Positions 32,901 to 43,591 of a stretch of 64,000 bases of DNA are shown one piece after another. The notes beneath the pieces were generated by a model. It saw nothing but the letters and a program-made list of their open reading frames with translations. It had not been told where the DNA came from and made no database searches. Position 1 is the first letter of the stretch, and the number at the start of each line of letters is the position of its first letter. Origin of the DNA: Scyliorhinus canicula (lineage: Eukaryota); the NCBI RefSeq assembly GCF_902713615.1, contig NC_052146.1, positions 87,587,626 to 87,651,625 on the forward strand, read 5' to 3'. A program made the position numbers and the translations under genes.

Positions 32901-35900
32901 GGGGGGGGGGGGGGGGGGGGGGGGAAGGTCCGAATGTCTAGCCAGAGTGGGAGCCACCAAATATGCGATCTACTCCCTCATGGTCGCCACCGGAAACCCC
33001 CTTGATGGCACTGTTGACGATACCATCAATCACCTTTCTGATGCTCAAGAGTGGACTGATATGGCAGTAATTGGCTGGGTTGTATTTGTCTTGCTTTTTG
33101 TGTACAGGGCAATTTTCCACGTCGGGTAGTTGCCAGTGTTGTAGATGTACTGGAATAGCTTGGTTAGGAGAACGGCAAATTCTGGAGCAAGTCTGCAGTA
33201 CTATTGCCAGAATGTTGTCTGGGCCCATTACCTTTGCAGTATCCAGTGCCATCAGCTGTTTCTAGATACCATGGGGACTGAATCAAATTGGCTAAAGACT
33301 GGCATCTGTGATGCTGGGGGCCCGAGATGGATCATCCACTTGGCACTTCTGGCTGAAGGTTATTGCAAATGCACCAGCCTTGACTTTTGCACTGATGTGC
33401 TGGACTCCTCCATCATTGAGGATGGGGATATTTGTGGAGTTGCCTCCTCCAATGAGTTGTTTAATTCTCCACCACCATTCACGACTGGACATGACAGGAC
33501 TGCAGAGCTAAGAACTAGTCCATTGCTTGTGGAATTGCTTAGCTCTCTCACTTTCTGCTTATTTTGTTGGGTGCACAAGTAGTTCTGTGTTGTAGCTTCA
33601 TCAGGTTGACTTTTTAGGTATGCCTTGTGTTGTTCCTGGCATGGCCTCCTGCAGTCTTCCAACCAGGTTGATCCCCTGGTTTGGTGACAGTTGTAGAGAG
33701 GGGGATATGCCAGGCCATTAGGTTACAGATTGTGGCTGAGTGCAATTCTGCTGCAGTTGAAGGCCTACAGTGCCTCATGGATGCCCAGTTTTGAGTTGCT
33801 AGATCTGTTCTGAATCTACCCCAGTTAGCAAGGTGGTAGTGCCACACAATATGATGAAGGATATCCTCAATGCAAAAATTTGATTTTGTCTCCACAAGGA
33901 CTGTGCATTGGTCACTTCTACCGATAATGTCATGGATGGGCGCATCTGGAGCAGGCAGGTTGGTGAGGATGAAATATAAGTAGGAGGAGGAGGCCATTTA
34001 GCCCTTCGAGCCTGCTCCACCATTCATTGGCTGATCATCCAACTCAGTAGCCTAATCCCACTTCCCCCCCCCCCCCCCCCCCCCTTAGCCTTTGATCCCC
34101 TTAGTGCTATACCTAACTGAAGTCAAGTATGTTTTTACTTCATGTTTCCCTCACCAACCTTCGCAGACAAAGTCCTCCAGCTATGTCCTTTAGGACTTGA
34201 CCAGCTCGGTCTGTGGTGTCTTTGAGATTAGGGAATTTTATATCGGCTGCAGCTGTGATTTGAAATCTTCTTGACTGAGCTGCTGCTTTGATCAACTTAA
34301 CCATCAAAGGAGCTACCATAAATCTAAATTTATTTTTTAAAATTCTGTTTTCAGTATGGAGCATTTTTGCTGACCAAACAATTCAACCAGCCACAGGATC
34401 ACTGTGGTGCTACTATTTGATCCAGACTAGTATAAAATTTCAACAACAAGTTTACAACAGCTCATCAGGAATTTTTTATTTCTAATGCCTGTTAATATTT
34501 TTAAAGTTGCTATTCTAACTTGGTTTTCTTTTTTAGGAGATGAAAGTGATTTATTTGGATCGAGTTAATTATAAAATTCGATCAATCGGGTACGTATGGT
34601 AATTAATTTGAACAATTTGGTATATTAACCCATTAATCTTAACTGCTGGCAGGTTTGAGAATTGGCCATCTCTGAGCCCAACTACTTACTCAGATCTGGT
34701 ACACCTTCACTGAAATACCCATTTCCATTCCTCAGCCCCCAGCTTTAAATTGGATATTATAATTTTAATTTTTAAAGTTTTTACTGACTGGCAGAAAGCA
34801 TTTTTTAACCTTAGATTTATTCAAGTGATAAGTTCCTGTTGCCGTTCCATTATTTGTAAGAGAAGTGGGTTACGGTGGGAGGCTCGGTGGGGTTATGGAC
34901 CTGTCTATAACAGCTTTGTGACCAGCTTGTGCGACAGAATTCTGAGACTAGGTTATCTTGCTCCTCAGCAAGAGAATGCAGGAGCAAACATACAGAGTGG
35001 AAAATACCAAGAAGTTGAGATAGCATTTTGAGTTTCAGTTGGTTATTCATACTTTTGTATTCCAAGTTGCGATATTTTCAACAGTAAGAAATTATCTTCA
35101 TTGGTACAGCCATGAGAGCAGTTTTATTATTTTGAGCATAACTTCAGTCTAAATCGCTGCTGGAAAATTTTGATTGGACGAGAACCATTTTTTAAAATAA
35201 TCTTGTATCTGTCCAATTCAGATACTTCAACCAACTCTTTAATTAAAGTTCACCCAGGTGTCTTTATTCATGAGGAGAACAAAGTAGGACACAGATATAA
35301 TGCAGCACACTTTAGTAAATATAGTTAACCCATAAATTACCCACTATACATACAAGAAACACCCAGGATTCGACTATACTTCCCGTAAAGGTGGTTTGGT
35401 AAGCTGCAGATCTGATCCCTGAGTCCCTCTGGTTCCTCTTTGTAAAGGTGATTCTCGCTGGCTTCCTTGCTTCCTTCCTTCTGGTCTGATCAAGGTCACC
35501 TCGCACACCATGCTTAGAGTCTTTTGTGCCCAGTCTTTGCCCCTAGATGTCTGGAATGCCTGTTTTTATCCCCCTGTCGCCACCACCTCCTTTCTCGGAG
35601 TCTCAGGATGCAGGATCTCAGTGCCCAATGGTCTGGTTGATGACCTGTTGACAGGGTACCTGAGCCCTCCCTGGGAAGAGTGATGATCGCTTGATGGGTT
35701 TTCAGGAACTGTGGACAATAGGCCAATGCATCTCAAGTAGCAGCGATAATTATTTGATGGGTTATTCAGGGGCTGCTTCAGACATGCCCCAGGCAGCTTG
35801 TCTGAGTTCTGTTTATTCGGATTCTGCAGACTGTGGTTTTTAAAGTGCCCAATTCTTTAATTTTAGATACCCAATTTAATTGGCCTTAACTAGGCCCTGA

Positions 35901-36967
35901 TTATATTACTACAATAATTTAAATTTTCTATGGTTTGTTTGCCCTATTCTGGCTATTCTTTCTTATTGTGAGTTGATTCTTTGCCATTTTCCTTGTACTT
36001 ATTTAATCTTTGTGCATCACAAGTGAAACCATTTTGTAAGAAAAGGGGTAAGAAATCTAATGGGTGGATTGAAAATTAGTTTCTCTTCTGTTTTAATCTA
36101 GATGTGAGCATTAAAAATCGGTTTAACATATACAGACTATTAGAGCGTGTGCTTCAATTGTAACTTATGAGTTCATGCTTTGGACAGTGAAATTCATAAT
36201 AATGTCTTTAGAAGTTAAGAAACAGCTGGACTCAACTGAAGTTCATTTAAATTTTTCCATTGCACTAAAATGTTTTATGAAGATTCAACCTTTTATCCTG
36301 TCTTTAATGGCATTCAAGATGAATCTCAAAATATTTCACAGAATCCCTACAGTGCAGAAGGAGGTTATTCGGTCCATCATGTCTGCACTGACCCTCTGCA
36401 AGAGCACCGCACCTAGACTCAATTCCCCACCCTATCCCTAAATCCACACCTAGGGACAATTTAGCATGGCCAATTCACCTAACCTGCACATCTTTGGACT
36501 TTGGGAGGAAACCAGACAATCCAGAGGAAACCGACACAGACACAGGAAGAGTATGCAAATTCCACGCAGTCGCCAGAGGTTGGAATTGAACCGGGGTCTC
36601 TGGCACTGAGGCAGCAGTGCTAACCACTGTGCCCCCATATGTTTCCTAAAGGGAGGTTTAGAATAAGAAAATTGTTTCTAAGTAAGTTAATGCCCTGTAG
36701 CTCACCTAAAATCTGATCAAAGGTGTTTTTTTTTCTCTAAAAGGTGGGGAGAATCGTTTGATTTGGCCAAACATCCACAGGTAAGATTAGAACATTTCAA
36801 TTTTAACCACACATTTCCTCTTACTATTTCTAAGTTGACGAATGACAAGCAAAATTGATCCAGCTATTTCTCTCTTACAGGGCACTGAAGTCAAAGCTAT
36901 CACATACTCTGCCATGCAAATTCATGAGGACGATAAACCTCAAATTTTTGTCATAATTGATATTTGA
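19578..36967 (+). CDS. ZBTB8OS: Protein archease (RTCB tRNA-ligase cofactor); visible exons 19578-19659, 23495-23577, 34537-34589, 36744-36780, 36881-36967; exons 2-3 not in the sequenced part
   Basis: Translated exons MDDREYDLSAAQKAVKAKYPPVSKKYQ / HDMLSLLYNFMNEWLYQFSAEMFFIPR / EMKVIYLDRVNYKIRSIG / WGESFDLAKHPQ / GTEVKAITYSAMQIHEDDKPQIFVIIDI* match vertebrate archease, including KAITY and the terminal IIDI. Confidence 0.95.
20231..21210 (+). repeat. G-rich low-complexity minisatellite (unit ~G5-9 AGGAGGAGGTGGGTGTCGGT)
   Basis: ~1 kb almost entirely G/A/T with a recurring GAGGAGGAGGTGGGTGT unit; abuts the gap. Confidence 0.95.
21211..21710. other. Assembly gap (500 N, probably a placeholder size)
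   Basis: Run of exactly 500 N. Confidence 0.99.
22105..22905 (-). mobile_element. CR1 3' fragment
   Basis: LYRVLVTPHMQYCVQFWSPYLRRD; RNYFWQRVVNLWN; CR1 tail. Confidence 0.88.
22935..23043 (-). mobile_element. Short Penelope terminal fragment (similar pieces at ~5430-5535, ~6925-7000, 11350-11392 + 12264-12358)
   Basis: Matches 16258-16360; flanked by an ATTAAATAG duplication. Confidence 0.7.
23495..23577 (+). CDS. ZBTB8OS: ZBTB8OS coding exon 4 (83 nt)
   Basis: Long polypyrimidine tract + ag; donor AGG|GTCAGT; SLLYNFMNEWLYQFSAE. Confidence 0.94.
23641..26067 (-). mobile_element. Internally deleted L1 (5'UTR, ORF1, endonuclease, ORF2 C-terminal tip, A-rich tail)
   Basis: ORF1 motifs ENRSRRKNLR and RIYQDWSAEVAKRR; EN motifs ITWNVRGLN and LQETH; 14-bp TSD AGAATTGAACAAAT at 23627-23640 and 26068-26081. 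Confidence 0.93.
26720..34220 (-). mobile_element. Family B LINE split by an L1 (28046-33000), a SINE (27491-27715) and a CR1 3' fragment (~33975-34120)
   Basis: RT reading ...KVIDGIVNSAIK resumes as HHFLSNNLL..AQFG across the L1 target-site duplication. Confidence 0.85.
28046..33000 (-). mobile_element. L1 element with intact ends, frameshifted and partly deleted ORF1/ORF2
   Basis: ORF1 (ENRSHRQNLRIVGLPEG), EN (TWNVRGLN), RT (YRPISLLNVDAK, LYADDLL), C-terminal HMFWACP; TSD CTTGATGGCAC[C/T]GTT at 28031-28045 and 33001-33015. Confidence 0.93.
34537..34589 (+). CDS. ZBTB8OS: ZBTB8OS coding exon 5 (53 nt)
   Basis: ttttcttttttag acceptor; donor GG|GTACGT; EMKVIYLDRVNYKIRSIG. Confidence 0.93.
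35200..35913 (-). mobile_element. Possible solo LTR
   Basis: Minus strand begins TGTAGTAA and has TATA-like and AATAAA motifs in LTR order; 3' end and TSD not resolved. Confidence 0.35.
36744..36780 (+). CDS. ZBTB8OS: ZBTB8OS coding exon 6 (37 nt)
   Basis: WGESFDLAKHPQ, donor CAG|GTAAGA, followed by a 100-nt intron. Confidence 0.94.
36881..36967 (+). CDS. ZBTB8OS: ZBTB8OS last coding exon (87 nt)
   Basis: ctctcttacag acceptor; GTEVKAITYSAMQIHEDDKPQIFVIIDI then TGA. Confidence 0.95.
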   Translation, partial: GTEVKAITYSAMQIHEDDKPQIFVIIDI

Positions 36968-37474
36968 TTTTTATTTAAATGTTTTGCAGATTTTCTTGTG
37001 TATTTCAAAATATGTACAGTACAGAGTGTACCTTTATCTTTTTTATTGAAATGACACGTCTCCGAGTGTGTAAATAAGTGTCATTATCTGGTGGCTGTCT
37101 ATTCTATTTATGTTTAATATGAATTCCTTTTGATATTTTGATAGAACTTGCTATGCCAGGAGGGAGTAGAAAATCTGGATTTTCTGTCATTTTCTTCCTT
37201 TTTTGGTGAAATGTAATCAGAATGGGTTATTTTTAACAAATTGTACATGGGTATTCTGTAATGAAGTGCCGTATCCCATCTACTGAAAATGCTTTTCTGC
37301 AACAAATCAATCAACAGCAAATATGGCGGGGCATCTGGTTTTAAATTATCATAATTTTCACCTTTTCGAAATGGGTGAGAAAGTTTAATTTCCTTTGGCT
37401 GACAGGACTGGCATCGTCGGTAGCGTGTTTGACAGACATGCTTGAAGATTGACTAAGCTGCAGTTATTGTTGGT

Positions 37475-37624
37475 GAAGATGCACGGTGAAGATGCACATT
37501 GAAGATGCGCATAGTGTGTTTTTATTTGATGTGAAACCTTTATGAAATGAAATACACCTGACAGTGAAGATGCACAGTGTTTTTATTAGATGTGAAACCT
37601 TTATGAAATGAAATACACCTGACA
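37475..37624 (+). repeat. Local tandem duplication in the ZBTB8OS 3' region
   Basis: TGAAGATGC x4 and two ~62-bp copies ending GATGTGAAACCTTTATGAAATGAAATACACCTGACA. Confidence 0.9.
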
Positions 37625-37840
37625 ACGCGATCTCAATGTCACCCTCCAGTGAATCCTAAATCATTCCATTGGCGGTGCAGACTAAAGGCAATGTGGTGCC
37701 CCAATGAAATGTATATTTCATGCTAATGGCAATGATTTGTGATTTTAATGATCACTATCAAAATTTATGTGCATTTAATATTGAATATAGGTTTGAAACT
37801 TTAGAACCTTCTTCGTGCCATGCACATGGATTGATTTATC

Positions 37841-37846
37841 AATAAA
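37841..37846 (+). terminator. Candidate polyadenylation signal of ZBTB8OS
   Basis: AATAAA ~870 nt after the stop codon in AT-rich unique sequence; alternative ATTAAA at 38039. Confidence 0.4.
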
Positions 37847-38179
37847 CAAACCATTAGGGATGAAGGGGTAGTATCATTAATTTTTTTATTCATCCAAAAT
37901 TAGAATTGTTTACAATATAACTCTAATATGGATTACTTCATAGAACCTGCAAAGATTTGGCCTCTGCAATTGTGCTGACTAATCATTCGAGGCATTAGAA
38001 ATGTTTTTAAAGTTTTGATTTCAAATGTAAATGAAGTTATTAAAATATGTATGTAATGTAAAAATGATCTTGTTCTTCATCTTTCTTCCTGCAAATTGTT
38101 TATCACGTTTGCCTACATGAATTAGTCTATTTCAAAAGTAGTCCATTATCCATCAGCACTCTTGATATCCTGAGGCACT

Positions 38180-38760
38180 TTGTTTTTTCTTTTAAGTGTA
38201 TTTTATTACAAACATGCATCAAAACAGGTTACAGCAAATAACTATCGTGGGAAACATACTTCCCAACAATCAACTATACAGTCTGACAGATTTTCCCCCT
38301 TTGTCACCCTCTCCCACCCCTTCCCCCACTCCCTGCGACAAACAGTTCCTCAAACATGGTTACAAACATCCCCCACCTTTTCTCAAACCCCCTTGTTGGG
38401 CCCCTGAACTCATACTTTATCTTCTCCAACAGCAGGAAGTCGTACAGGTCACCCAACCAAGCCGCTACCCCAGGTGGTGATGCCGCCTGCCACTCCAGGA
38501 ACATTCGTCGCCGTGTAATCAGAGAGGCGAAGGCCACGACATCGGCCTTCCTCCTCTCCATGAGCTCTGGCTTCTCTGAAACTCCAAATGTCACCTCCCC
38601 CTCCACTACCCTGGCTAAGACCGTCAACGCTCCCACCCAGAATCTTCCCAATTTTTCACAACTCCAAAACATATTTGTATAATTCGCTGGCCTTCTGCCC
38701 TGAGGCACGATGTAAATACAAGCATTTAATACTATCGCGGATAGCACGTGACCGCCTCTC
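38180..38760 (-). mobile_element. L1 3' fragment
   Basis: NMFWSCEKL..AFASLITRRRMFLEW..LEKIKY, followed by an A-rich tail. Confidence 0.85.
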
Positions 38761-38824
38761 GATATGTGAGTCCACCGGCAGGAAGGGAATGGATGGCCAC
38801 TAGGCAAAGCAGGAGGATTAGGCA

Positions 38825-39530
38825 GGCAGGGACTGCAATAGTTATAGGGGATTCAGTTGCAAGGGGAACAAATAGGCGTTTCTGTGGCCACAAATGAGAC
38901 TTCAGAAATGGTATATTTCCTCCCTCATGCTCAGGTCAAAGATGTCTCCAAGTGGGGCAGCATGGTGGCATATTGGTTAGCACTGGGACCGCGGCGCTGA
39001 GGACCCGGGTTCAAATCCCAGCCCCGGGTCACTGTCCGTGTGGAGTTTGCACATTCTCCCCGTGTCTGCGTGGGTTTTGCCCCCACAACCTAAAGATGTG
39101 CAGGGTAGGTGGATTGACCATGCTAAATTGCCCCTTAATTGGAAAAAAAGAATTGAGTATTCTAAAAAAAAATTTGAATGTCTCCCAAGTGGCTGCAGGG
39201 AGGGTAAACAGCCAGTGATCGTGGTGCAAACTATAGGTTTTTAACAAGGGTTGCGGTCCTAAATGCAGGGCATAGGAAGTAAGTTGAAAGGTAGGACCTC
39301 AAAGGTAATGATGTCAGGACTAATACAAGTGCTAGTCAGGGTAGAAATACCATACCAGGATGTATCGGATGAATACGTGGCTGAAGAGATGGTGTGAGGG
39401 TTTCAGATTCCTGGGGCATTGAGACAAGTCCTGAGGGAGGTGGAACCAAAACAAGCAGGACAGGTTACATTGGGCATAACCGAGAGGGAGTATTTGTTAA
39501 AATGGTTGGGGAAGGTGTAAACTAAAATAA
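38825..39530 (+). mobile_element. CR1 ORF1 SGNH/GDSL esterase-domain remnant
   Basis: Reads AIVIGDSVARGTNRRFCGHK...AQVKDVS, typical of the CR1 ORF1 esterase; interrupted by a short V-SINE. Confidence 0.7.
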
Positions 39531-40089
39531 AAGGATGAAAACCAAAATGATAGGGGGATGGGAATCAATGCAAGTAATCAGAAGAGGGGAAATCGAGGAT
39601 AAGAACAAAAGACGGGTATAAGAAAAGTGATGGGCAGAGAATGAAACTGGGCTGCAGTGAAAAATAGCAGGAATGGGACAAGGCAAGCCTTAAGGTACGA
39701 AGATGTTATTGAGTTGGATGATCAGCCATGATCATAATGAATGGCAGGAGCAGGCTTGAAAGGCCAAATGGCTGCCTCCTGCTCTTATTTTCATTGTCGA
39801 GCCTTATTTTTAGTTGAAAGAAAATATTGTTCTGCATCAGTCAGTTGCAAGGAAGTGAGATTGATTTGGAACTGGGGCATGGAGCTTGCAGGAGTGGCTG
39901 AAGATTATAAGGATTTTCCTGCAGGCTTCAGAACACTGTTGTCAGGCTGAAATAGGAAGTCAGATACCCGCACCATGTAGGGAACAGGCACTCACTGTTG
40001 ATTTGTCCCGAATTGATTGATTAATGGCCAGAGAGGAGGCTCAACATTCAATAAAGTAAGTCAAGTGGGCTCTATATTGGAGGCCAATC

Positions 40090-43000
40090 TTTTTTTATTC
40101 ATTTACGGGATGTGAGTATCGTGGTTAGCCCAGCATTTATTGCCCAGCCCTAACTGCTCTTCAGAAGGTGGTGGTGAGTTATCTTCTTGAACCGATGCAG
40201 TCCTTCAGGTGTAGGTACACCCGCTGTGCTGTTAGGGAGGGAGTTCCAGATGTTGCCCAAGCAACAGCGAAGGAATGGTGATATATTTCCAAGTCAGGGT
40301 GGTGAATGACTTGGAGGGGAATCTCTAGTTGGTGGGGTTCCCAGGTATCTGCTGCTCTTGTTCTTCTGGATGGTAGTGGTCGTGGGTTCAGAAGGTGCTG
40401 TTTGAGGAACCTTGGTGAGTTACTGCAGTACATCTTGTAACGGCTGCATGGTTCACCAGTGGTGGAGGGTTTTAATGTCTGTGGGAGGGGAAGCAACCAA
40501 GCCGGCTGCTTTGTCCTGGATGGTGTTGAGCTTATGTGTTGTTGGAGCTGCACTCATCCAGACAAGCAGTGAGCATTCCATTACACTCCTGACTTGTGCC
40601 TTGTAGATTGTGGACAGGCTTTGGGGGGGTCAGGAGGTGAGTTGCTCACCATAGGATTCCACCCTTTAACCTGCCCTAGTAGCCACAGTATTAATGTGGC
40701 TAATCCAATTCAGTTTCTGATCAATGGTAACCCCCTGGATGTTGATTGTGGGAGATTCAGCGATGGTAATGTCATTAAATGTTATTGGGCAGTGGTTAGA
40801 TCCTGTCTTATGGAGACGGTCATTGCCTGGCATTTGTGTGCTGTGAATGTAACTTGCCATTTGTCAGCCCAAGGCTGGATATTGTCCAGGTCTTGCTGCA
40901 TTGGGACATGGACCTATCAGACATTATCTGAGAAGTTTTGAATGGTGCTGAACATTGTGCAGTCATCTGAAAACATCCCCACTTCTGACCTTATGATAGA
41001 AGGGAGGTCATTGATGAAGCAGCTGAAGATGGTTGGGCCTAGGATGCTACCCTGAGGAACTCCTGATTGAACAAGCATCTGAAAGAAAGATGGCGCCGGA
41101 GCGAGGCGATTTCCTGCAAGCTGTGCCCAGAATACCCTCTAATTCTATCTTTTACACTCATTCTATGCTTCTAAAACTTCATTCTAACTCTTTTAAACTC
41201 TCTAACAATGTTCTTATTCAATTACTTACAGCTTTAGACATTACATTCTGCAGTCTCCTTCCCTATGTACGGTCGGCATTGTTTGTACAGCATGCAAGAA
41301 ACAATACTTTTCACTGTATACTAATACATGTGACAATAATAAATCAAATTACATCAAATCCTGCAGTGATGTCCTGGAGCTGAGTTGATTAACCTCCAAC
41401 TACCACAACCATCTTTCGTTGTGCCAGGTATGACTCCAACCAACAGTTTTCCCCCCGATTCCCATTGACTCCAGTTTAGCTAAGGCTCCTTGATGCCATA
41501 CTCTGTCAAATGGTGTCAAGGGCAGTCACTCCCCTCACCTCTGGCATTCAGTTCTTTTGTCCATGTTTGAACCAAGGCTGTAATGAGGTCAGGAGCTGAG
41601 TGACCCTGGCGGAACTCAAACTGAGCCTCCATGAGCAGGATATTGCTGCTTAAGTGCCGCTTGATAGCACTGTCGATGACTCCTTCCATCACCTTGAAGG
41701 ACAGCAGACTGATAGGGTGGTAATTGGCTGGGTTGGATTTGTCCTGTTTCTTGTGTAGACACAGCTCGGCAATTTTCCATATTGCTGGGTAGATGCCAGT
41801 GTTATCGCTGTACTGGAACAACTTGGCTAGGGGTGCAGCAAGTTCTGGAGCACAAGTCTAAAGTACTATTGCCGTGATATTGTCAAGAGCCCATAGCCTT
41901 TGAAGTATCCAGGGCCTTCAGCTTGATGTCACATGGAGTGAATCAAATTGGCTGAAGACTGACATTTGTGGTGCTGGGGACCTCCGGAGGAGACACAGAT
42001 AGATCATCCACTTGGCACTTTCTGGCTGAAGATTGTTGCGATTGCCTCCGCCTTGTCTTTTGCACATAACTGCAGAGCTCCTCCATCATTGAGGATGGGG
42101 ATATTTGTAGAGCCTCCTCCTCCAGTGAGTTGTTTAATTGTCCACCACCATTCATGGCTGGATGTGGCAGGACTACAGAGCTTAGATCTGATGTGTTTGT
42201 TGTGGAATCGCTTAGCTCTGTCTATTACTTGCTGTTTATGCTGTTTGGCACACAAATAGTCCTGTGTTGTAGCTTCAACTGGTTGACAACTCATTTTCCG
42301 GTATGCCTGATGTTGCTCCTGGCATGCCCTCCTGCATGCGTCATTGAACCAGGGTTGATCCCCTGGCTTGGTGGTAATGGTAGAGTGGGGATATGCTGGG
42401 CCATGAGGTTGCAGATTGTGGTTGAATACAATTCTGCTGCTGCTGATGGTCCACAGCACCTCATGGATGCCCAGTCTTGAGTTGCTAGATCTGTTTGAAG
42501 TCTATCCCATTTAGCTCGGTGGAAATGCCATACAACACGATGGAAGGAATCTTCAATCTGAAGATGGGTCTTTGTCTCCACAAGGACTATGCGATGGTCA
42601 CTTCTGCAGCAGGCAGATTGGTGAGGATGAGGTGAATTATGTTTTTCCCTCTTGTTGGTTCCCTCGTCACCTGCTGCAGTCCCAGTCTAGCAGCTATGTC
42701 CTTTACGACCTGGCAAGCTCGGTCTGTGGTGGTACTACTGAGCCACTCTTGATGATGGACATTGAAGTACCCCCACCCAGAACATATTCTGTGCCCTTGC
42801 CATCCTCAGTGCTTCCTCCAAGTGGTGTTCAACATGGAGGAGTACTGATTCATCAGCTGATGGTGGTTGGTACGTGGTAATCAGCAGGAGGTTTCCTTGC
42901 CCATGTTTAACCTGAAGCCATGAGACTTCATGCGGTCCAGAGTCAATGTTGTGGACTCCCAGGGCAACTCCCTCCTGACTATATTCCACTGTGCCACCAC

Positions 43001-43591
43001 CTCTGCTGGGTCTGTCCTGCTGGTGAGACAGGACATACCCAGGAATGCTGATGGTGGTGTCTGGGACATTGTCTGTAAGGCATGATTCTGTGAGTATGAC
43101 TATGCCTGGCTGTGAGCTAGTCTGTGAGACAGCTCTCCCAACTTTGGCATAAGCCCCCAGATGTTAGTAAGGAGGACTTAGCAGGGTAGACGGGGCTGGG
43201 TTTCCTTTGTCGTTTCCGGTACCTGGTCTGATGCCGGGAGGTCCATCTGGTTTTGTTCCTTTTTTTGTGTTTTCATAGCAGTTGAATACAACTGGGTGGC
43301 ATGCTAGGCAATTTCAGAGGGCATTTAAGAGTCAACAACACTGCTGTTAGTCTGGAGTCACATATAGGCAAGACCAGGTAAGGAATTTCCTTCCCTGACA
43401 TTAGTGAACCAGATGGGTTTTTATGACAATCGGCCTTGGTTTCATGGTCATCATTAGATTTTTAATTCCAGATATATTTTATTGAGTTTAAATTCCATCA
43501 CCTGCTGGGATGGGATTCAAACCCAGGTCTCCAGATCATTATCCTGGGTCTCTGGTTTACTAGTCCAGCAACAATACCACTATGCCACTGC
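40090..43591 (-). mobile_element. Near full-length decayed single-ORF CR1/L2-group LINE (family B) with tRNA-like 5' head
   Basis: APE endonuclease start VLLTNIWGLMPKLGELSHRL (~43177) and RT motifs (YHPISLL, AQFEFRQGHSAPDLITALVQTW); 3' tail GGGCAATAAATGCTGG...ATGAAT; A box 43587-43577, B box 43522-43513. Confidence 0.88.
41066..41358 (+). mobile_element. Short non-autonomous Rex1/Babar-like retroelement inserted in the family B LINE
   Basis: AAGATGGCGCCGG 5' part; tail CTTTTCACTGTATACTAATACATGTGACAATAATAAA(TCAAA)n; TCCTG duplicated at the junctions; same tail at 5570-5632 (-). Clade assignment is from memory of the tail motif. Confidence 0.55.

Noticed and set aside
37500-37624. SECIS-like element or CRISPR-like repeat
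   Set aside because: Spacing between TGA/GA motifs is too short for a SECIS, archease has no in-frame UGA, and there are no unique spacers between repeats.
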